Shown here piece after piece: positions 36,711 to 51,070 of a DNA stretch of 64,000 nucleotides (the first letter of the stretch is position 1; each line of letters starts with the position of its first letter). The DNA is taken from assembly GCA_977030845.1 (NCBI GenBank), contig OZ365109.1, forward strand, positions 23,560,001 to 23,624,000. The letters run 5' to 3'. The DNA is from Fimbriosthenelais zetlandica (lineage: Eukaryota). Made by a program: the position numbers and the translations under genes. The notes beneath the pieces were generated by a model. It did no database searches, was not told where the DNA came from, and worked only from the letters and a program-made list of their open reading frames with translations.

Positions 36711-39700
36711 GAGAGTAGAGATAGGGATTGGAAGGAAGAGAGTGGGTAGAACAAAAGGGCCGTGAAAGCAGAGATGGACAGGGAGAGAGGGGGAGTGATG
36801 AGATGGGAGACAGAGAGTACTTCCTAGATCGTATAAAAAGGGCACTTTTCCTCTTTTAGGGTATGTACATGTCCTAAGTAATCCATCACAATCTGGGCCA
36901 CCTAGTCTGAATCTGTTAACTATTCACTCCGAGGTCACCAGATCCATAATTATCATGGTAGGTCGAAGCCAATACTCCCTGATGTAAACCTAAGCTAATC
37001 CAAAGCTCACGTGGGTATTTGCAGCTACGATTCCATATGGTTTGACTAGAAAGTAGTCAATTATTAATGGGCTTAGACCTGAGAGATAGGACATGTCAAT
37101 GGAGACGGCATTGAGGAAAGGATTTCCTGTTAGCTGTTGATCCTGTGTAGGCCATGTTAGTTTAGTCCGTCCATACAGACAAGACGGTTCAGTTTGAAAA
37201 CCCTGACACAGCCGTGTGTGTGCATTGGGGATAAACCTACCCCGAGCTGTTGATTTAAATATGGCTAGCTCCTAGAGCACTCCTCTACCTAGTCTACTCT
37301 TTTAAAATCGCCTTAATCCTATTAGAGCGTACTTCAACCGATCCCAAGATTGGATAAGGAGTAGGCTAAGCCAAGGAGAAACACGGGGTCGCTTGTAAAT
37401 GGCAATAGGGGGCTCACTAGCTTATAAATCTCATTTCCTGCTAATTTGACTTTAACGCGGTCTTTGTCTCCAAACAGTGCTTTTCAAGTGATTTATTCCA
37501 AGGGGGTAATTGGATTTATGAGTGATATTAATTAATGGTGCTAAAAGCTTGTTGGATGTTTGAATGAGGCATCCTTGTGAGCTTTGATGCATGGGATGGT
37601 TTTTATATATACATGTATGCTAAACTTCAAAGTGTGGCTGCTTATCTACCTGAAAACCTCAAGTATACATGTAGGTAATAAAAATGCCCTGGACCTTTTT
37701 GAAACAGGATTCGTCGGGTGTCAACATAAAAATGCTGCATACTAAAATCCTTTTGATGAGTCTTCATGGTGCGAACAGATTCTTACTCGTAATATCTGAG
37801 GAAGGTTTGATACAAGTGTTCCGGTATACTTTACGTATTAGATCTCGTTATTGCAATATGCTTGTAAAATTTAAATATTGAGATATCCAATGGACATCAT
37901 GTACATGTAATTCAAGTGTGCAGACAGTAGCATTTAATATGATCATTAACAATAATGCATTTTACATATTGTAATGCATATCCGAAATCTGAATCCATAA
38001 TGATTGCAATGCAAAACTGCTCACATGATATTTTCATGAAATATAATATTTTCTTCGAACAACTGGTTTTTCTTCTAAAATGTTACCTGTATTATAAAGA
38101 AAGTAAACAACATTAAAACTCTTCACCATGCGACATTAAAAATTTTAATTCAGATGTACAAAACTAAAATAAGTTCTGGCAGTCGGAGAAAAATACCAGA
38201 CATTTCGAACGGATGTGCATCTTTTTGTAATTCATGTAAAAATACCAGGAAATTGTACAAAATGCAAGATTCCTTTCATAAGGATCTTCTGTATGTGCTA
38301 GACAAAGAAAAGCGTGCCTCCTGAGTTCAGCTTTATATTTAAAGCAAACAATGAATAGTATATGGGTACCGTAAAGACAGTGATACTTTGGTCAGTAGAT
38401 GTACATTGTACTACATGGATTGGCTGGCCGCTATATAAGGGCCCTGGCAGCATGTACAGATATTAAATGTGAAGTACAAATTGATATCTGATCTTTCCAA
38501 CACGGTAATAATGGTATATGGCGGATATGGACATGATATCAAGCATAAAGGTGGGCTGCATGATTGTCCAAACCTCTAAGGGCTGAGGATTAATACCCGT
38601 AACATACGGTGGTCAATATGACTGTCCATGTGCATGCTTGATAATTATTATGGTGGAATGAACATGTCAGACAATTCAAACAGGAGATTAACGCCAAATC
38701 CCAAAGAGTCTGAAAAATATCGTTGGAGAGGAGACTTTTTCTAGTGTGAATTAAAATGTAAGGTTCAATAGCTTCCATTATAATTATGTGGTAGCTATAG
38801 CACGTACGGGTGTATAAATAAGTATTCTAGCTATGGGGCATTGTAAGTGTCGTTAACGAACTAGCAGGCAATCATATTATTCACGTTTTAATGTGCCCAG
38901 GGTCTTGCATTATTTGTAAACTGTTTATTTTCTGTATCAGCGCTGCACAAATAGATGCCTAACCAAAGGGAGTCTGCAGCTCTCTTTACACGCCATCTTT
39001 TCTTTACATTTGTAACCATTTCTTGTGCATAATGACTCATTTGCTGGGCCATTATATCCTTTTTATCGCTCCTCTTTTTAACTTGCGTGTATTATTTCGC
39101 ATTCATATGCTTTGTTTGTTGACTATCTAAGAAATGTATGATAGGTGATATTACTCTCTGGAGGTTCGTTCTTCAAACAGAGTATAGTATTATAGCGTTC
39201 CCTTTACAGGGTGATGAAACTCAGCTTTGTTAATATCAGTCCTAAGAGTGTGGGCGATACCAAGTGTGAGCCAATGACACGATGCGTCTAGATAATTAGA
39301 AGAGAAGGCGGTTGCATTTTCAAACACCACAACCAGGAAGGAATTATTCCTAGGTCTAATGGATTGTCTATGGTGCGTCCATTCCAATTATTTTTTAAAG
39401 ATTCCTATGCGTGTGGCTGTGCCTTGCCTTCAGCATGCCAGGCGCTATGTTTGGTATTTTTTACGTAGCCTTGTCATTGCTCGCGAGGGGATTCATACAT
39501 GTTTTTATATGATTCACCTTGTCGCTGGTTTTTTCCTCAGTGTAGCTTTTTTTGGTGGGTCAAGTTGGGTTTTATTCAGGCAATGGTGCTTTAAGCTTTA
39601 GATCGCAGCTTAAGCACATAAATGCCTGATTAAGCTTTCCATTTTGATGCCATTGATAGTACGCACTGAGGTTTAGATGGGGGATCAAATCATGTCCTGA

Positions 39701-42700
39701 ATTAAATATGAGCTACAAATTAACGCTATATGTAAGACAAGCACATAGAAAGGAATGCTTGGGGGTTGGAATATACTTTTTACTTGCCGCTTCGAAGGAC
39801 TGTTGGAAGCCCATATATTATACATGTGGGGAAGCGTTTTATTTTATGCTTGTGTTAAAATACTTTCTGATTTGACATATTAATTACTGACTGACTGCAG
39901 ACCTGGCACCGACGTGAGAAGCAGCCTAACACTCCTCAGGGAGTAAGAAGAATCTTCGAGAAAGTGGGAAAAAAACTTGAAGATTGATCCTCAGATCCAC
40001 AAAAAGAAGACATGTAAAGCCGAGAAAGTAATGACAAGCTTATGAACTCCTATACATTAATCAAACACCTACTAAACAGGAATTATTTTCTATCCCTTCA
40101 GTGGTTTTGAGCCTGGAAGGGCACCTTGTGCTGAGTTGGTGCGATTTTTACATTGGGTTCCATTGTTCTGAAAGTGTTCAAAAAGCTGGCAACAAATGGG
40201 GAGGATTCACTGTGCACAACTGCAAAGTTGCAATTTTCTAGTGACGAACATTTATCTTTGCATCTTTTAAGACCTTGGGATTCATCATGATTATGTTTAA
40301 CTATAGCAAAGAAAGCAAGACGCAATTATAGTTCTAGATATCAGGTTCTCCATGAATGTCCTCAGGGCAATTGTTGACGCATGATACATGTATGTTTATA
40401 TGTGTGTTTGAAACCGCTTGCTTTCATGCTGATGTTCCTGAAAAATATGGAAATGTGAAGAAAAGTATGACAGCTCCCTGGGAACGATATGGTGATGCAG
40501 TAGAAGTGGGTCGTCATGAGTGACTGGGTGCTGACCTTCTAGGCTTGTTTTGGGAGTGCACGAGAGAAGCAGGTTGGTGTTCTGCATGACTGAGAGCTAA
40601 CTGTGTAATGATGCAGTACATGTCACCATGACCGCGAAAAGCTACTTCATGAGAGTGTATCAAAGACGCATTGAAGCAACTTGGGGGTCACCAAGAAGAC
40701 CTTGGGGTCACAGAATGTCCAGTGGAAACATAATTGCGTTGAGTTATCCTACCATAAAATTAATAACCCTGGTGGTCAACAATATAAACAATAAACAAAC
40801 AAGTAACTAGCGAAACCCCGTTTCCAACGGGGACGTCCAACCGGAACAAACTCTGCCAGTGTAACCTGACTTACTTCCGATTGAATCAGGGAAGAAAAAT
40901 GAAAGTGAGGGGGCCCTGAAGTGAAAGGCTGCTACTGTATTTTTCAAAAAAAATAACAGGGATAACATGTATATTAAGGTCACAATAACTTTGAAGCAAT
41001 TCGGCCTAGGAATAGGCCATTTCGGGACCGTCTTAATTGCCATGAAATCATCTTTCTCTGTTCTGAAATAAAAAAAAAAAATGGCCAAACAAAAACTCCA
41101 GGCTTCCCCTGGTATTGTAATGGTCGCCCCCTAATAGCGCTAGATAAGTGAATGAGGAATTTGAGATTTGAGGCAATGTACAGTCAAATTGATAAACATT
41201 CAGCCCTTTCCATCCTTCCCAGAATATGGCTAATGAAAATTATCCCTCGACTCATTATTCAAGAACGCAATGTGTTGGTTTTTGAAGTGCACCAATGTTA
41301 TGAAGAATCTAGTCAAAGAAGGGAAATGTAGCAGTGAAGTTGTATGCAACATCTGCATGGTTCTCTTTGTATTCATAAGTGATAGTAAAATTCCCATTAG
41401 ACTCAAATTCTGAAATCTCCTCAAAGGAACCTTTGCTTTTGTTGGATGGAGAGTGGCCTTATGAAACTGAAGGCCTGAATGTTTCTGGAACAAGAACATT
41501 AACATGGCTGAAGAGTGATTTTTAGGAAGAAGCTCGCACAGTGTATCAATAATGTCGCCAGACCGAATTTGCTCTGCCCAGCGCAGCAGTTTTGGCTCAT
41601 TGCTAATGTAGGTCTTTAAGCCAAAATCAACCACAAGCCACTTGATTTTTTATTCGTAAAAGTATCACTATTGGCCTTTTAGAGTCATACATTGAAAATG
41701 ACAAGGACAAAGTATGTAAAGATTGTAGAGATGGCACAATTCATTATCAAGCTATGCAGTGCACAACATGCAAACCAATAATGATCCTCCCGACTGCAGG
41801 ATTCTGGTGGGGGTCTGGTTATTAACAATGTGGCGTATGAGCCTCTGCTACGTCTATGGACTGATGTGGCACATGTCTCTCTTTTATGAAACTAGTTTAA
41901 CATAACCGAACAAGAGTAATTTTGTCATTTTGTCAGTATATTGTTTTAAGATTCCCCAGCCATGTTTCCCAATGTAACCTACGCTTTGGGGTATCAGAGT
42001 GAGTAACGGGCCACCCCGTTCGCTTTTAAATCTCGGACCATTCTGCATGGGTCAACAAATATGATATAGATAAACAAAGGGGGCTGCTATAACAAAGGAT
42101 TATATAAGCAATGGCCCGGAGACTTAGCGGTAAGTCAGGGATGTTCAGAGGCGAAGGATTTAAGGCGTCGTTATTCGTGTTGAAGGGAAACAAGGCTAGA
42201 GAGTAAGGACCGCTATGAAGGTTCTGGTAATTCATCACGCCCCACCTCCGGCTTGACTTCAAGATAGTCTTGTGTACCAGAGTAGGGTGGGCTATGTCCC
42301 ATTAACGCCGCTTTGATTAAAACAGTTTCCTGGGTTTCGTCAGTCCTGAGAAAGCTAGGATTTAGCGCACACACTGCCTGTAGTTTCCTACTTTATACAA
42401 TGGAATGATCATTAATCTGCCGCAATGTTTGGCACAGCTTATCAAGGTGGTATTTATCATTTTAAGTGCCGATGTCAAAGGGTTTGTAACTTTCAACCAT
42501 ATTCAGGAGAAGTACATTCAAATGAATGAGGAAACTAAGGGGCCTTCTCAATTTACCCAATGGCGCCTACAAAGGCCTATACAAGCAAATTTGGGAGGAA
42601 ATTAATAAGTCCATTTTCTACTGTTTATCTTTGTAAAGCAATCAATTTTATCTAAATGCATCAGATAATAAATCAAGTTTATGGTTGCTTATCTATCTAT

Positions 42701-45700
42701 TAAAATATAGGGATTATTGACTGTAACTTGGTTGAAACACATAATGCATATAGAAGCAGATATTCATAGATATAATATCATTCCACTTGGCTGCTATGAT
42801 TGGGGGACGCAGCCGTTTGTGAGTAGTATACTCCACTGTATATCACATAGGCAGGCAGTGAGGTTGTACTTCAAACGATGGGTTTTTTATTTCCTGTATT
42901 GCTATGATGATATGAGATGGGGGCCCTATTTGAAAGGAGAGGTCAGTCTATGGGTAAAACCGTCCTCTTGATTGTTCCGAATGGAAATTCGGTTTCCACA
43001 TCTGGTGCCACTGAAGCAGCAACAGCAGCCTAATATGAATTCAATCTCAGACTGATCCTGAAACATTGTTTTCCTGGGAGCGCTTCAAACGCAAGACAAC
43101 CTGAGGGCTTTGTTCATGATGGCCCCTACACGCAACGATGGTGCAATGATACCACAAAGCTCTGTAAAGTTGGCCCGAGCCTTGGTGGTAATAGCACAAG
43201 TCAGGATCAGCATACATATACATACAAAACTGAGGGAAATAAGATAAGGACTGGCATTTAGGGAATCTAGCGTTGATTCCTTCTTCTTTTCTGTCCTCGT
43301 ACTTCTCTGATGTGCTTATATTCTGAGACCACATACAAAGGAAATGGAGGCAACCTTCGAAAGAAAGCACCACGCTTTTCCATTACTGCAAAAATGTAAA
43401 GCCTTCTGTACTCAGCTGACCTTCATCTCTGAGAGGGGTCCGTCTTTCTCAAGCGGAAGAGCTTCTTTTTTGAATTGGATCTGTTTTCTGAGGGTTGAGA
43501 AGTTTAACATTGAGGAACCGTTATGTTTGCTATGTGATACAAGCCTGCGATGTGAGTGCCGTTGGCTGGAGCTCTGGCGAGAGAGGGCTACTGACCATGG
43601 CAAAGAGAACTGCCTACTGAGATTGTGTCCTCTTTGGTTTAGAGATAACATCTCAGGCAGCATAGAAAGGGAGTGGAGGAGGATGAGTATGAACTGGAGG
43701 GAGAGAGAAGCTGAATGTCCCTGTTTCCGCCCGATATTCATGTCTAGAGGAAACCCCTTCCTATCATCGGATTATCGGGGCCTCTATAGTCATGGATTGG
43801 AGTTGGAGATAAAACCTATAGGGCTCGCCTTGCCAGATTTCCTCCCGGGAAGTTTCCTCTCCCAGGAAAGTAGCTATATAGTGACTGAGACGAGGCCAGG
43901 CCTATCATGATTGTTTTAATCTACAGTCTCAGAGTTGTCAACAGACTTGGGAGTCATTACTCAATCATGTAATGACAATCAGACTTTACATGCATTCCAC
44001 ATTCATGACTTGATCTTAGAAAGTAGAATTAAATTAGTAGTGTTTAGAAAAGGACTCCTCCGGGGTTCCATTTGGGCTTTCACAAATCTTGCTCAGTGAA
44101 TTCTCAAGGCCCCATAAAAACACGACACTGTTATTGGCATTGTTTCAAGAATAGTTATATAGATTTCCATTACATGAAGTAATGTATTAGTGTAACACAA
44201 TCATGCACATGCAGTTTGCACCTTTTAGTGAGCCGTATATATATGATAATACTGAGGAATCCGAGGCTTCTTTAAGTTCTTGCTGATACATAAAATCTGA
44301 ATTCTTAGAGTCAGTTTACATAGCTCATCTTCTGACATTTTTACTTCATCCTCTCCTACAAGAAGTGAGTATTAAACGACCTACTACCCACGGATTGTGT
44401 TTCACTGTGACTGCAATAAATAACCATGGTGACAAACCTAAGTGAGAAACCTATTCGCCTTTATGAAATCAGAGCAGAAAAAAGTGGCAAAAATAACATC
44501 TACATACAATGGAATGCCCTCATGTCGTGCTCCTTCATGATATTGGATTACTATTATTGTCAATGATTGAAATATTCTTGGAAAAAATGGACGGTATTTC
44601 TATTAAGTCATGCGTGTGAGAGAGATCAGAAAAATGCCATCGGATTTGTAATAAGTTACAATTTGGACCCTCCGATATCTGTAATCATTTCTTAGATTAC
44701 AGGGCAGGCCGTTGCCCGCTCAGGATGCTCGCAATGAACACATAACTTCCTAGGGCATAGAAATATCTCCTCCGCCATGTTTGACTGCCTTATGTGGGTA
44801 TGCCACTCAGACCTAAGACAGGCAGTCCACTATTGTTAACGTTAGCAGGTCAATATCTTAACAAAAAGTCACATGTTTTTACCATCCACCGCGGGAATAT
44901 GCTCTTGCGCTGAGCTCGGGTGACAGGTACAATCCAGATTAGCTTACTCTATGACAAGGGTCATTGCATGCAAGCAACTTCTTCGTCTTTGCCAGCGTAA
45001 AACATTACAGACTAGCTGGAAAGCAAGAAGGCTCGCGTGCTAAGGCCTATGGGGAAAAAGACCATTACATGTCTTGCACTTGAATACAACAATTAGATTG
45101 CTACGGTGGCTTTGACAAAGGTCTTTACTCATAGCGTGGTATGTGATCGTGAAGATATCGTTCGTGCTATGGAAGTCACATTGGCGTTACGAATCAGAAA
45201 CCCCCCACCTCGAACACCACTCCCACCAGCACCTCCCATGCTGGGTTATTTTCGCTGTTCTGCTCTTTTCAATCCTAGTGATTAACTCAATCATGGGTCC
45301 TTAGTCAGCGGTGTCCGTTGCTTCAAGAAGTAAAACCATGATAAGACCTTTAGTTAAGGCTGGCAATGTGGAGGTCGGCGACAGGAGGTGCTCGCGTGTC
45401 TTTGGTTCTAACCTCGGCAGGATAGCCACCGCCTTTCTCTCTTCCTGATTCCATTGATCTCCATTGGGTATGTATCACAATCCCAAAGCCACCGGCGGTG
45501 GTGCAAGAATAATGTAGAAAGAAACGACACGGACTTGGTGTTTAATACAAAAATCAGTTCATATACAGAGTTCCATGGCTGGACTTGTTCTTGTCGCGTG
45601 AGAACTCTCAAAGGAGTTCCTCGCAACAGATGCTACTCATTAATCCCCCATCTTTCCACCGAGAACTCACTAGACATTCTGTCCCGCGCGTATCAATCAT

Positions 45701-48700
45701 CGATTCCTGTTCCCAACCTAGGCAATTTTAATGAATCTTCTGCATAATCCCCTTTGAATCTTCTTATGGCGTCAGAAGATCAATTTTTCTGTTCCCGCAA
45801 AGCTGTGGACGGTTGCCTCGATGGAAGATGGAGCGCAGCACAAAGACTTTGCCTTCATGGCAATGACCTGGCGCATCTTAGGAATTATAGTGAAAGTTAT
45901 AGCCCAACCGATCGCGCATCGTCTGCTCGTTTACATCGCAACCACTGCCAGCATGATCCTAGGCTTATTAATAATCTTGTCTCATCTCAAGACAACCTCA
46001 GAAGTACCAGCACAAAGACTTAACAGAGAACGGACGCGGTATGGGAACAGATAATCTTCCAAGCTTCTGGAATATGAAAGAAACCACCATTCAGACTTTG
46101 GTACAAGCTTAGGCTTGGAAAGCCCTATCAAGTGCACTGTGTGTCAACACTCTTGATTAAGGTGACCGAGTGCTTTTTCTTCATCAAATCCAGAAGAATT
46201 ATAATTATCACCCTGAGAATGATTATATCAGCCATACCATTGCGGTTTCCTGAAATAAGCATTGATATCAGTTGATCTCGGAGCGTGATGGATACTGTGT
46301 ATGGGGTTTTATTAGGTGTGTTCATGATGGCTTTGGTTAATTGAAAGTGAATTATCTATTTTCCTGATTGCAGTCTTGCCTTTAATGCTCAAAGGCACCA
46401 AATTGTTTGGAAGCCTTATTTGCTGGACGCCTTATTTTTGGTCAAAACCAATAACTCCCTACTGGACTGGAATTTGATCAGAACAATTATGTCTTGTAGG
46501 TCATTTTTTCAATGCTCTACAAAATAATAAAGCCTATATGTGCAACATGAACCAATGATAAGTTCATGGACAAGTTACATGTATGTACATGTACAGTATA
46601 TAGTATACAGTATACATGTAGCCCTCATAGATGCAGCATCCTTCAATCTTACAAATTACAATGTTGTCAATAGTTTCCAAAGCAGACATTTGCCATGGGG
46701 ACAATTTTCACCCATACTGCATATCCAAGCCTGTCTGTAATTTAGCAGAACTCCACATCAAATGAATTTTCAACTTTGAAAAGAAAATTAACTTGGCCTA
46801 TGGCATGTGGATTCAGACCGACCTAATCATATTTTCGTCTTGTGAGCCCATGAGTAATAAAATTACGTTTCAGTGAGACACACCATTTGCAGTTTTGCTG
46901 TGTACTTTTTTCGGTGTACTTCAATTGCTGTCATTTCACTCATGCAGTCAGTCACATCACGGGGAGTGGTAGTAATCGTTTATCCTTCCAAATTTACTGA
47001 AAGAGACGACACTAATTTATTGGTAAAAGGAGATGTATCACATTGATCAGAAATTATAAGCTTCAAGTGTAATTCCATAAGGCATACTTAAAGATAATAT
47101 TCTGACGTCTGACTTTTACCAAAGCCTAAACCAAGAGTTTTATCCATGCAAGCAGGTTTCCGTTAATACTCAAAATAGGTTCTTGTTCCTCTGAACAATT
47201 CCCCATAATTATTCCCTATTATAATCTAACATTATTCACCTACATTCGCAAATATCAATAACCCAATTTTTACGCTTTCATAGACAGACTACACCGGGAA
47301 GTTCCACTAAATTGAAAGTTGGGGCCACCTCCTACAAATTAGTTGACATCAATAAATTGGCGTGGAGCATAAATAGGAATGACAGATTCTATTCTCAGAA
47401 CCCATTTCCGATATTCCTTCAACTGAGGCTCACAAACCCTTTGAGACATTCCTTCGTTCAAAATATTGAACGTTTAATCTTGTGTTGAAAGGATAGGATA
47501 TAAAGGAAAGAAATTAGAGAATCTGATTCGGGAACATGTGACTACAAGTTTCAGAGACAGTACAGTAGCTTTTAATTAAATTTGATCTGCCGCTAATAAA
47601 TTTAGTTTTTGGGAATTATGATCGGTTACATGGATGTTACCATTCAGGTGTTTCCTGTATGTTTACAAAACAGGGTCCGTTCATGGTGATCATTTAAATA
47701 CAATATCCGATGACGGTATCTCTAGGAAAAATGATGACAGCTGTCAATTTGTAATGTTTTACAAATCATTTTAAGGTGTCTCTCTGCTGTTTCAGTTGCT
47801 TTGGGTGGGAAGTATCGTTCAGCAAATCAAACTAAATTTTCTTAAAAAGATCAGGAAAATAGGGACCCATATCAAGTTTGGTTCCATTTGAAAAATGCCT
47901 CTCATTGTTTTCTCATTTGCATTTGTTTTTTTCTAGATCGTCTCATCTCGTTTATCCATACAGCTTCAGTATTATCCATTAGAATATAGGATGTATTCAC
48001 GTTCCTAAGCCAGTCTATAATGTTGAAAGTCTTTTTGTTGATTAAAAAAATGACATTGCAATACCAACTACCACACAGCGGAATTCAGTACAGTGCGGGA
48101 GCTAGTGATTAGCCCACCCACAAAAAAGAATCAGACCAAAGATGGATATGATGTGGCAGGGAAAAACAGTTATGTATATTAATCACTTGGTGAGCTCCTC
48201 TAGAGTCAAGACAGGAGATAGAGCAAAGGCAACTGGAGCCGCCCAGCATATATATAGTCATCATTGTTATGTAGGGGCCAATGTCTTAATGGTTGGATGC
48301 ATCGGTAGACCAATCACCGCTGTGTAATGTGTCGGTTTATCAGTCTTAGCCCAACACCCACATGGGACCTTAACCCGATGGCCTACCTGGGTGGTTGATG
48401 TATTAATCTTCTCCCGCAGAGAAAAGTACAATTTTTTCCTCAACCTGGCACACGTCTTGCAATCATCTGTCACAATGATGTAGAGCCTTCACCAAGGCCT
48501 CAATATCCTATACTGATGATAACGTTCTCTGCTCTTTGGGTCGCCGCCTTCGCTGGAAGGTACCTCATGTCAGGAGGTTTTTTGCCCACCAACGTCAAGG
48601 CAGACCCAGGGGCCCTTGTTTATGAGTCCCCTCGCCTTGGACAGAATTTCCATGTGTATAATTCATTGAGCGTGTACACAATGGGGACCTTACATATGAA

Positions 48701-48754
48701 GAATAGATGGAGCGCATACGTGTGGCAAGGAAGTGGCCATCTTTCTTTGAGCAG

Positions 48755-48874
48755 ACCAGCAGAAAAGCAGCCTCCCAAATGGGTTTCTGTTTCTGGCTTG
48801 GGGCTATGGTTCCATGGACCAGGGGATGATTATCTCAAACTTTGTGGGGCGATGGATCAAAGCCTCTATCAGAG
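48755..48874 (+). other. Candidate 120-nt internal exon (phase 1-1 compatible)
   Basis: Acceptor CATCTTTCTTTGAGCAG and consensus donor AG|GTAAGT at 48875. The frame continuing exon 1 is stop-free, but the peptide is unrecognisable. Confidence 0.2.
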
Positions 48875-49019
48875 GTAAGTGCACCTAAAGCTCACTGCTT
48901 TTATGAGCACGATGAAGGTGCCTCGCTGCACATCCATGGCTCATTCTTTTTTTTTAGCCTCAGAAGATCCAGCTGGGGGCACAAATATGGAAACGCTTCG
49001 ATCGGCAGATTTGCATCCT

Positions 49020-49049
49020 ACTCACCTAAAAGAAAGAAGAGCTTATGAG
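49020..49049 (-). other. Fused 3' and 5' splice-site motif (recursive-splice-like)
   Basis: The minus strand reads CTCAT-AAG-CTCTTCTTTCTTTT-AG|GTGAGT. Function is not shown. Confidence 0.35.
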
Positions 49050-51070
49050 GCACTTAAGACACCAGTGTTGATAGACTGACGTGTAGTGCTGTATGGTTAC
49101 ATTGAGAAATAACGTCTCTTGTCAGTGGCGTGCTAATTCCAACATCATGGTGATACTGGCAAGTGTTGGGAGGTGTCAAAAGGGATTCTCCAACAGTCAA
49201 ATCACATGGTTTTTGAATGGGGGAGCTGACTGTAAATGTTATTTGAATTTGATGGGATTTGACATGAAAAGGAGTCCCTTTAGGGCTGCACTTCTCTTAT
49301 TTTGAAATCAGCTAATTCGATTAAGGCATCTGCTTTGATTCACGCACCGATCACTGGTCAGATGAGACGTGTTCTGAATGGATCACGCTGGCATTCAATG
49401 GATTTGTCTGAAGGGGGACTGTTTGTGTAAAGTATCACTTTGAGAGTGTGGTTCACGCTTGAGTGGAGACCCAATGGAGTGTCATCTCCTCGACTGTAGT
49501 GTAGGCTGACACATGTGCCTCTTCCTTATCCACAATGCTTCCATACACAGCTCTGTTCCCATGCTCCCTGTCAGAAGAGTCAGCCATCGAGCTCATTGTC
49601 AAAGGAACCATCCGCAGGGAGAACTCTGTACTCCTTGACAAACCCAAGGGCATTGCTCAATGCATCCCTACTCGTGGCCCCCACCATCAATGAGGATTTC
49701 CTGGCGATTTCATGGAAATATTACGCCAGATCCCCCGGATCCCACTTTTGGCTGAGGATCAAAGAGTACCTCCGGAGACATTGCCGCACCAGCAGTCTCA
49801 TGGCTTGTGGACAGAATCGTTGCTAGCCAGTAGACATCTGATAAGGTTCCCACGTGTTTAACGACAAGCTGATCAAATGATGTTCTTCTGGGATGCAAAG
49901 GGGATAGTCAGGCCGGTTTATTCAGTGTGTATCCGTGTTGGATAGCAAGAAACAGCTTGGCACAAGATAAACAATGTGCTGAGTACGTACGGTGTCATCC
50001 TAGTGGACTCTGCCAACAGAGAAACACTGAGCCAGTGCCGAAAGACGTGCCTCCCTAAACTAGGCTCGCTTCCCAAGTCCAAATCGAACGAGATTGACTC
50101 TTATTAAAGACACCTCCAGACCACACAGTGCTGGAAGGATTGGAGTTATAGTGGCAACAGAATGGTATTCCTTTCAAGTGCTTATTTGCTGCCAAATTCA
50201 GTTTTGCTGCCACTAGCTGGGATCAGGCGTCTGTTTTACGTTGTCTATGACTAATTGTGGAACACTGAACAGTCTATTTTCACCAAATGTATGAAGGGGC
50301 TTTTGTTGATGCTAAATACCATACAACAATCAAAAGCATAAGAATATAAGCTTCTTGATATTTTCATTGAGAGACTTGCAGATGTGAGAGCAATAGATCC
50401 TTATAGATAAATAGAGAAAATGTTCCTGTTTTTTCTTGCTTGCTGACCTTTTTCCCGCTTACATCCACATAAAACTGATCTCTGTCAGTACTTTGCTTTT
50501 CATCTACCTTAACTATAAGTCAGGGAGTCAGGGTAATCCATCATCTAAAATGGAATGGACGTGCAACGAAATGGGTTTCATGATCATTCAACATTGCTGT
50601 TAGCTAGATCTAAAGGCCTGAAAGGTACCACATGACAACATGCGACAAAGAGGTGGATCCGTCTTCATGCATGTGAATGGCCTCAAAGATGCATTGACAA
50701 CTCAGGTCTGTCTTTCTTTGTAAATGATAGTTCCGTTTCCTACTAAATACATATCAAATACCAGAAGTGACATCCTTAACATCTGTCGCCAGTAGTTCAT
50801 TCTGCTACGTGGTATAGCGGGACAAAATGTGCTTGTTAGGATACATATAGGATGCTGTGATCGCATACTGCGTTGACCCTTTGACGTACTTCATCTTATA
50901 AGCCAAGAGTCGCATTCACAATGGCTGCGGGACAATCATTCGGTGCTCTTCTCTCAGATGTTCATAATATATATGATACTGAGCACCGGATTGATCCTAT
51001 ACACCCTAATGGCATAGTCTGCTCTTTCCTCTATACTGGTTGCTCCAGAAAGAAAAAACCCTGCCCAGAT

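Noticed and set aside
36180-36845. Longest ORF in the track (221 aa, minus strand)
   Set aside because: It is a low-complexity L/S/P translation of the pyrimidine strand of the minisatellite, which naturally lacks stop codons.
38561-38573. TGATTGTCCAAAC, matching the first 13 nt of miR-219 as I recall it
   Set aside because: The 3' half of the mature sequence diverges and there is no complementary downstream arm to form a precursor.
43344-43910. 188-aa ATG-initiated ORF
   Set aside because: It has no recognisable motif, lies in purine-biased sequence and has no supporting splice or promoter context.
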